Source: the human T2T-CHM13v2.0 reference genome, Homo sapiens. From it: a DNA stretch of 64,000 nucleotides. Where the stretch lies: NCBI RefSeq assembly GCF_009914755.1, contig NC_060948.1. The stretch is one strand, 5' to 3'. Positions 52,134 to 64,000 of the stretch are shown piece by piece; the stretch's first letter is position 1, and the number at the start of each line of letters is the position of its first letter. A program made the translations under genes and the position numbers. A model generated the notes under the pieces. The model was not told the origin of the DNA. It ran no database searches and worked only from the letters and a program-made list of their open reading frames with translations.

Positions 52134-54238
52134 AGATCCATATTTTTTAAATGAAAAAAAATTTCAAAGGTACTCTGCTTGGTACAATAATCAAATGTAT
52201 AAACTGAGGAATGAAACATAACCATGAAACCTACTTATAACTGCATATGGAAAATACAGAGGATAATTTTTTAAATAACATATTTTGAAAGCCTTAACTA
52301 GTAATTTGAAGAGTTGGCATTTGAAAGGCCAGTATGAATATACCTTCAAAGCAGCAACACAGGTTCCCCATGAGAAAAAGCAAACACAGGGAAAATAAAA
52401 ACACAAAGGTTCAATCTCTTCTGACCTTTGAAAGACACAGCACAGACAGTGGTCCTTAGGACGAAGAGCAGGAGACCCCTAATTCCGTCACCATGGCGAT
52501 AGGGCATAAACATTGCTGGGTGAGGGCACAATCCACATTGTGAGGTCCAACTGCTGCCAGGAAGACAGGAGTGCTTTTACATAGACCGAAAGGTCATTGA
52601 AGGCTCAGAGTTTTGTTTCAAGAACTGAATCCCAAGCCCACACGTTATTAGGCTGCGCTTCTTAAAACAAGTTATGAGATGGGAAAAAGGGCACCCACAA
52701 ACATACGTATACATTATGTATATAATAATATACAGTATCATATATATAATATATATAACCTATGTATAATATTGTTTTACATCCTGCATCTTATGTTATA
52801 TATATTGTATAAAATATAATAATTGATAATATATAAGTTTTATAATTATACAATATGACATATAGTATATATTATAATTTATGACATATATAATATATGT
52901 TATATGTCATATATAGAATATATTATACGGTTAATATACGTATTAAATATAAATTATACATTATATATATTATATATAATATATCTGTTATATATAATAC
53001 CCATTATGCATAATATATATATTATGTCTATGTTATATATAGTATAAAACAACATATAATAATATATAATTGTATATATAAAATGCGACATATAATATAT
53101 ATTATATTTTATTACATATGCAATATATATTATATATTATATATAATACGTTGTATGTATAATACCTATATTAAATATATATTATATGACTATGTTATTA
53201 ATTACATGTCACATGCGTTATATATTATATATTTTACATAGAATATACCGGTTACATACAATATATACTATGTTACCTATAATGTATAATTTATTACATG
53301 TAAAATAAAGAATGCAATATATTATGTAAAATTTATAATATACCATATGTGGAATGTGATATATATAACATATAATATATGATATATGATGTACAGTATA
53401 TGATATATAACATACAATATATGATTCCTAATATATATGGTATACAATATATATTTTATGTTATGTATTCTATATGTTTTATATTCTGTTATATATAACT
53501 ATTTGAAATTATATATAACTGTATAATATTTTATGTAAATATGTAATATAATATATATAACTATATAATATATTATATATAACTATATATTATGTTATAT
53601 ATACTTTTATAACATAATTTACATAAAATATCATAATATAATATATATTATATTATTTCATATTACATAATATATATTACATATCACCCAATATAACTAA
53701 CATACATAATATTATAATATAGATTATATTATGTTATATTAAATATCATATATATCATGTATCATATATTCTATAATATATATTACACCTTATATAATAT
53801 GTATGTTGTCTATTATGTGATATATATAACTATATATATAATTATATTTTTATACATATAACTAGATAAACATGTAATTCTACATATTTCCATTTATAAT
53901 ATGTAGAATTATATAATCATATATAATTATTTATATTCTATAAAAAATTTTATCATTATATAAATTATAATATATAAAAATTATAATATGTACTACAAAT
54001 ATATATATTATATATCATATATGATATAGTACCTTTGTTATATATCATAATACATATAAATGTGTATTATGTTATCTATAATTATATAATTTCATATATA
54101 AGATGTATAATATGTATCATATATTATATATGTTATGTAATATATATAGTATATATAAGATGACACAGGATAAATATTATATACTATGACATATAAAATA
54201 TATGAGGTTATATGTTACATATAAGGCATAGCACATAA

Positions 54239-54553
<315 letters not shown>

Positions 54554-56658
54554 AGATCCATATTTTTTAAATGAAAAAAAATTTCAAAGGTACTCTGCTT
54601 GGTACAATAATCAAATGTATAAACTGAGGAATAAAACATAACCATGAAACCTACTTATAACTGCATATGGAAAATACAGAGGATAATTTTTTAAATAACA
54701 TATTTTGAAAGCCTTAACTAGTAATTTGAAGAGCTGGCATTTGAAAGGCCAGTATGAATATACCTTCAAAGCAGCAACACAGGTTCCCCATGAGAAAAAG
54801 CAAACACAGGGAAAATAAAACCACAAAGGTTCAATCTCTTCTGACCTTTGAAAGACACAGCACAGACAGTGGTCCTTAGGACGAAGAGCAGGAGACCCCT
54901 AATTCCGTCACCATGGCGATAGGGCATAAACATTGCTGGGTGAGGGCACAATCCACATTGTGAGGTCCAACTGCTGCCAGGAAGACAGGAGTGCTTTTAC
55001 ATAGACCGAAAGGTCATTGAAGGCTCAGAGTTTTGTTTCAAGAACTGAATCCCAAGCCCACACGTCATTAGGCTGCGCTTCTTAAAACAAGTTATGAGAT
55101 GGGAAAAAGGGCACCCACAAACATACGTATACATTATGTATATAATAATATACAGTATCATATATATAATATATATAACCTATGTATAATATTGTTTTAC
55201 ATCCTGCATCTAATGTTATATATATTGTATAAAATATAATAATTGATAATATATAAGTTTTATAATTATACAATATGACATATAGTATATATTATAATTT
55301 ATGACATATATAATATATGTTATATGTCATATATAGAATATATTATACGGTTAATATACGTATTAAATATAAATTATACATTATATATATTATATATAAT
55401 ATATCTGTTATATATAATACCCATTATGCATAATATATATATTATGTCTATGTTATATATAGCATAAAACAACATATAATAATATATAATTGTATATATA
55501 AAATGCGACATATAATATATATTATATTTTATTACATATGTAATATATATTATATATTATATATAATACGTTGTATGTATAATACCTATATTAAATATAT
55601 ATTATATGACTATGTTATTAATTACATGTCACATGCGTTATATATTATATATTTTATATAGAATATACCGGTTACATACAATATATACTATGTTACCTAT
55701 AATGTATAATTTATTACATGTAAAATAAAGAATGCAATATATTATGTAAAATTTATAATATACCATATGTGGAATGTGATATATATAACATATAATATAT
55801 GATATATGATGTACAGTATATGATATATAACATACAATATATGATTCCTAATATATATGGTATACAATATATATTTTATGTTATGTATTCTATATGTTTT
55901 ATATTCTGTTATATATAACTATTTGAAATTATATATAACTGTATAATATTTTATGTAAATATGTAATATAATATATATAACTATATAATATATTATATAT
56001 AACTATATATTATGTTATATATACTTTTATAACATAATTTACATAAAATATCATAATATAATATATATTATATTATTTCATATTACATAATATATATTAC
56101 ATATCACCCAATATAACTAACATACATAATATTATAATATAGATTATATTATGTTATATTAAATATCATATATATCATGTATCATATATTCTATAATATA
56201 TATTACACCTTATATAATATGTATGTTGTCTATTATGTGATATATATAACTATATATATAATTATATTTTTATACATATAACTAGATAAACATGTAATTC
56301 TACATATTTTCATTTATAATATGTAGAATTATATAATCATATATAATTATTTATATTCAATAAAAAATTTTATCATTATATAAATTATAATATATAAAAA
56401 TTATAATATGTACTACAAATATATATATTATATATCATATATGATATAGTACCTTTGTTATATATCATAATACATATAAATGTGTATTATGTTATCTATA
56501 ATTATATAATTTCATATATAAGATGTATAATATGTATCATATATTATATATGTTATGTAATATATATAGTATATATAAGATGACACAGGATAAATATTAT
56601 ATACTATGACATATAAAATATATGAGGTTATATGTTACATATAAGGCATACCACATAA

Positions 56659-56973
<315 letters not shown>

Positions 56974-59101
56974 AGATCCATATTTTTTAAATGAAAAAAA
57001 ATTTCAAAGGTACTCTGCTTGGTACAATAATCAAATGTATAAACTGAGGAATAAAACATAACCATGAAACCTACTTATAACTGCATATGGAAAATACAGA
57101 GGATAATTTTTTAAATAACATATTTTGAAAGCCTTAACTAGTAATTTGAAGAGTTGGCATTTGAAAGGCCAGTATGAATATACCTTCAAAGCAGCAACAC
57201 AGGTTCCCCATGAGAAAAAGCAAACACAGGGAAAATAAAAACACAAAGGTTCAATCTCTTCTGACCTTTGAAAGACACAGCACAGACAGTGGTCCTTAGG
57301 ACGAAGAGCAGGAGACCCCTAATTCCGTCACCATGGCGATAGGGCATAAACATTGCTGGGTGAGGGCACAATCCACATTGTGAGGTCCAACTGCTGCCAG
57401 GAAGACAGGAGTGCTTTTACATAGACCGAAAGGTCATTGAAGGCTCAGAGTTTTGTTTCAAGAACTGAATCCCAAGCCCACACGTTATTAGGCTGCGCTT
57501 CTTAAAACAAGTTATGAGATGGGAAAAAGGGCACCCACAAACATACGTATACATTATGTATATAATAATATACAGTATCATATATATAATATATATAACC
57601 TATGTATAATATTGTTTTACATCCTGCATCTAATGTTATATATATTGTATAAAATATAATAATTGATAATATATAAGTTTTATAATTATACAATATGACA
57701 TATAGTATATATTATAATTTATGACATATATAATATATGTTATATGTCATATATAGAATATATTATACGGTTAATATACGTATTAAATATAAATTATACA
57801 TTATATATATTATATATAATATATCTGTTATATATAATACCCATTATGCATAATATATATATTATGTCTATGTTATATATAGCATAAAACAACATATAAT
57901 AATATATAATTGTATATATAAAATGCGACATATAATATATATTATATTTTATTACATATGTAATATATATTATATATTATATATAATACGTTGTATGTAT
58001 AATAACTATATTAAATATATATTATATGACTATGTTATTAATTACATGTCACATGCGTTATATATTATATATTTTATATAGAATATACCGGTTACATACA
58101 ATATATACTATGTTACCTATAATGTATAATTTATTACATGTAAAATAAAGAATGCAATATATTATGTAAAATTTATAATATACCATATGTAGAATGTGAT
58201 ATATATAACATATAATATATGATATATGATGTACAGTATATGATATATAACATACAATATATGATTCCTAATATATATGGTATACAATATATATTTTATG
58301 TTATGCATTCTATATGTTTTATATTCTGTTATATATAACTATTTGAAATTATATATAACTGTATAATATTTTATGTAAATATGTAATATAATATATATAA
58401 ATATATAATATATTATATATAACTATATATTATGTTATATATACTTTTATAACATAATTTACATAAAATATCATAATATAATATATATTATATTATTTCA
58501 TATTACATAATATATATTACATATCACCCAATATAACTAACATACATAATATTATAATATAGATTATATTATGTTATATTAAATATCATATATATCATGT
58601 ATCATATATTCTATAATATATATTACACCTTATATAATATGTATGTTGTCTATTATGTGATATATATAACTATATATATAATTATATTTTTATACATATA
58701 ACTAGATAAACATGTAATTCTACATATTTTCATTTATAATATGTAGAATTATATAATCATATATAATTATTTATATTCTATAAAAAATTTTATCATTATA
58801 TAAATTATAATATATAAAAATTATAATATGTACTATAAATATATATATTATATATCATATATGATATAGTACTATTGTTATATTTCATAATAAATATAAA
58901 TGTGTATTATGTTATCTATAATTATATAATTTCATATATAAGATGTATAATATGTATCATAAATTATATATGTTGTGTAATATATATAGTATATATAAGA
59001 TGACACAGGATAAATATTATATACTATGACATATAAAATATATGAGGTTATATGTTACATATAAGGCATAGCACAGAACATGTAATATATATCATATATA
59101 A

Positions 59102-59393
59102 TTTTTTTTTAGACAGAATCTTGTCCTGTTGCACAGGGTGGGGTACAATGGCGCCATCTTTGCTCACTGCAACTTCTGCCTCACGGGTCCAAGCGATTGT
59201 CCTCCCTCAGCCTCCCAGGTAGCTGGGACTACACCACACTGGGACTACACCAGCTGCCACCATGCCTAGCTAATTTTTTGGATTTTTAGTAGTGACAGCG
59301 TTTCACTGTATTGGCCAGGATGGTCTTGATCTCTTCACCTTGTGATCCCCTTGCCTTGGCCTCCAAATTTGCTGGGATTACAGGCCTGAGCCA
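59102..59393 (-). mobile_element. Alu, unit 25
   Basis: Copy of unit-1 Alu. Confidence 0.93.
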
Positions 59394-61497
59394 AGATCCA
59401 TATTTTTTAAATGAAAAAAAATTTCAAAGGTACTCTGCTTGGTACAATAATCAAATGTATAAACTGAGGAATAAAACATAACCATGAAACCTACTTATAA
59501 CTGCATATGGAAAATACAGAGGATAATTTTTTAAATAACATATTTTGAAAGCCTTAACTAGTAATTTGAAGAGTTGGCATTTGAAAGGCCAGTATGAATA
59601 TACCTTCAAAGCAGCAACACAGGTTCCCCATGAGAAAAAGCAAACACAGGGAAAATAAAAACACAAAGGTTCAATCTCTTCTGACCTTTGAAAGACACAG
59701 CACAGACAGTGGTCCTTAGGACGAAGAGCAGGAGACCCCTAATTCCGTCACCATGGCGATAGGGCATAAACATTGCTGGGTGAGGGCACAATCCACATTG
59801 TGAGGTCCAACTGCTGCCAGGAAGACAGGAGTGCTTTTACATAGACCGAAAGGTCATTGAAGGCTCAGAGTTTTGTTTCAAGAACTGAATCCCAAGCCCA
59901 CACGTTATTAGGCTGCGCTTCTTAAAACAAGTTATGAGATGGGAAAAAGGGCACCCACAAACATACGTATACATTATGTATATAATAATATACAGTATCA
60001 TATATATAATATATATAACCTATGTATAATATTGTTTTACATCCTGCATCTTATGTTATATATATTGTATAAAATATAATAATTGATAATATATAAGTTT
60101 TATAATTATACAATATGACATATAGTATATATTATAATTTATGACATATATAATATATGTTATATGTCACATATAGAATATATTATACGGTTAATATACG
60201 TATTAAATATAAATTATACATTATATATATTATATATAATATATCTGTTATATATAATACCCATTATGCATAATATATATATTATGTCTATGTTATATAT
60301 AGTATAAAACAACATATAATAATATATAATTGTATATATAAAATGCGACATATAATATATATTATATTTTATAACATATGTAATATATATTATATATTAT
60401 ATATAATACGTTGTATGTATAATACCTATATTAAATATATATTATATGACTATGTTATTAATTACATGTCACATGTGTTATATATTATATATTTTACATA
60501 GAATATACCGGTTACATACAATATATACTATGTTACCTATAATGTATAATTTATTACATGTAAATTAAAGAATGCAATATATTATGTAAAATTTATAATA
60601 TACCATATGTGGAATGTGATATTTATAACATATAATATATGATATATGATGTACAGTATATGATATATAACATACAATATATGATTCCTAATATATATGG
60701 TATACAATATATATTTTATGATATGTATTCTATATGTTTTATATTCTGTTATATATAACTATTTGAAATTATATATAACTGTATAATATTTTATGTAAAT
60801 ATGTAATATAATATATATAACTATATAATATATTATATATAACTATATATTATGTTATATATACTTTTATAACATAATTTACATAAAATATCATAATATA
60901 ATATATATTATATTATTTCATATTACATAAAATATATTACATATCACCCAATATAACTAACATACATAATATTATAATATAGATTATATTATGTTATAAT
61001 AAATATCATATATATCATATATCATATATTCTATAATATATATTACACATTATATAATATGTATGTTGTCTATTATGTGATATATATAACTATATATATA
61101 ATTATATTTGTATACATATAACTAGATAAACATGTAATTCTACATATTTTCATTTATAATATGTAGAATTATATAATCATATATAATTATTTATATTCTA
61201 AAAAAATTTTATCATTATATAAATTATTATATATAAAAACTATAATATGTACTACAAATATATATATTATATATCATATATGCTATAGTACCTTTGTTAT
61301 ATATCATAATACATATAAATGTGTATTATGTTATCTATAATTATATAATTTCATATATAAGTTGTATAATATGTATCATATATTATATATGTTATGTAAT
61401 ATATATAGTATATATAAGATGACACAGGATAAATATTATATACTATGACATATAAAATATATGAGGTTATATGTTACATATAAGGCATAGCACATAA

Positions 61498-61812
<315 letters not shown>

Positions 61813-63938
61813 AGATCCGTATTTTTTAAATGAAAAAAAATTTCAAAGGTACTCTGCTTGGTACAATAATCAAATGTATAAACTGAGGAATAAAACATAA
61901 CCATGAAACCTACTTATAACTGCATATGGAAAATACAGAGGATAATTTTTTAAATAACATATTTTGAAAGCCTTAACTAGTAATTTGAAGAGCTGGCATT
62001 TGAAAGGCCAGTATGAATATACCTTCAAAGCAGCAACACAGGTTCCCCATGAGAAAAAGCAAACACAGGGAAAATAAAAACACAAAGGTTCAATCTCTTC
62101 TGACCTTTGAAAGACACAGCACAGACAGTGGTCCTTAGGACGAAGAGCAGGAGACCCCTAATTCCGTCACCATGGCGATAGGGCATAAACATTGCTGGGT
62201 GAGGGCACAATCCACATTGTGAGGTCCAACTGCTGCCAGGAAGACAGGAGTGCTTTTACATAGACCGAAAGGTCATTGAAGGCTCAGAGTTTTGTTTCAA
62301 GAACTGAAACCCAAGCCCACACGTTATTAGGCTGCGCTTCTTAAAACAAGTTATGAGATGGGAAAAAGGGCACCCACAAACATACGTATACATTATGTAT
62401 ATAATAATATACAGTATCATATATATAATATATATAACCTATGTATAATATTGTTTTACATCCTGCATCTTATGTTATATATATTGTATAAAATATAATA
62501 GTTGAAAATATATAAGTTTTATAATTATACAATATGACATATAGTATATATTATAATTTATGACATATATAATATATGTTATATGTCATATATAGAATAT
62601 ATTATACGGTTAATATACGTATTAAATATAAATTATACATTATATATATTATATATAATATATCTGTTATATATAATACCCATTATGCATAATATATATA
62701 TTATGTCTATGTTATATATAGTATAAAACAACATATAATAATATATAATTGTATATATAAAATGCGACATATAATATATATTATATTTTATAACATATGT
62801 AATATATATTATATATTATATAATACGTTGTATGTATAATACCTATATTAAATATATATTATATGACTATGTTATTAATTACATGTCACATGTGTTATAT
62901 ATTATATATTTTACATAGAATATACCGGTTACATACAATATATACTATGTTACCTATAATGTATAATTTATTACATGTAAAATAAAGAATGCAATATATT
63001 ATGTATAATTTATAATATACCATATGTGGAATGTGATATATATAACATATAATATATGATATATGATATACAGTATATGATATATAACATACAATATATG
63101 ATTCCTAATATATATGGTATACAATATATATTTTATGATATGTATTCTATATGTTTTATATTCTGTTATATATAACTATTTGAAATTATATATAACTGTA
63201 TAATATTTTATGTAAATATGTAATATAATATATATAACTATATAATATATTATATATAACTATATATTATGTTATATATACTTTTATAACATAATTTACA
63301 TAAAATATCATAATATAATATATATTATATTATTTCATATTACATAATATATATTACATATCACCCAATAAAACTAACATACATAATATTATAATATAGA
63401 TTATATTGTGTTATATTAAATATCATATATATCATGTATCATATATCCTATAATATATATTACACATTATATAATATGTATGTTGTCTATTATGTGATAT
63501 ATATAACTATATATATAATTATATTTTTATACATATAACTAGATAAACATGTAATTCTACATATTTTCATTTATAATATGTAGAATTATATAATCATATA
63601 TAATTATTTATATTCTATAAAAAATTTTATCATTATATAAATTATAATATATAAAAATTATAATATGTACTACAAATATATATATTATATATCATATATG
63701 ATATAGTACCTTTGTTATATTTCATAATACATATAAATGTGTATTATGTTATCTATAATTATATAATTTCATATATAAGATGTATAATGTGTATCATATA
63801 TTATATATGTTATGTAATATATATAGTATATATAAGATGACACAGGATAAATATTATATACTATGACATATAAAATATATGAGGTTATATGTTACATATA
63901 AGGCATAGCACAGAACATTTAATATATATCATATATAA

Positions 63939-64000
63939 TTTTTTTTTAGACAGAATCTCGTCCTGTAGCACAGGGTCGGGTACAATGGCGCCATCTTTGC
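63939..64000 (-). mobile_element. Alu, unit 27 (partial, cut by window end; B-type)
   Basis: T9-AGACAGAATCTCGTCCTGTAGCACAGGGTCGG. Confidence 0.9.

Overview
The whole 64 kb is one uninterrupted head-to-tail tandem array of a ~2.42 kb unit (about 26.5 copies; unit-to-unit spacing 2417-2420 bp, all in the same orientation). Each unit has three parts: a ~1.55 kb extremely AT-rich degenerate (TA)n-like domain, a nearly full-length minus-strand Alu lacking its first ~12 nt and carrying a fixed 16-bp internal duplication, and a ~570 bp moderately GC segment (HSATI-like). Unit length, structure and a predicted ~2.15 kb HaeIII fragment match the human DYZ2/HSat1B satellite, most likely Yq12 heterochromatin. 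No credible protein-coding gene, structural RNA gene, CRISPR array or foreign insertion is present; all listed ORFs are repeat artefacts. I found no new gene system. The hidden signal is in the variant pattern between units, read by eye: two haplotype domains, an A/B alternation, multi-unit duplications at offsets of 7, 9, 10, 11, 23 and 25 units, a chimeric extra unit, a conversion-like tract and two unusually divergent boundary units. The Alu also retains Pol III A/B-box-like motifs and a nearby T4 terminator, which is a testable but speculative lead.
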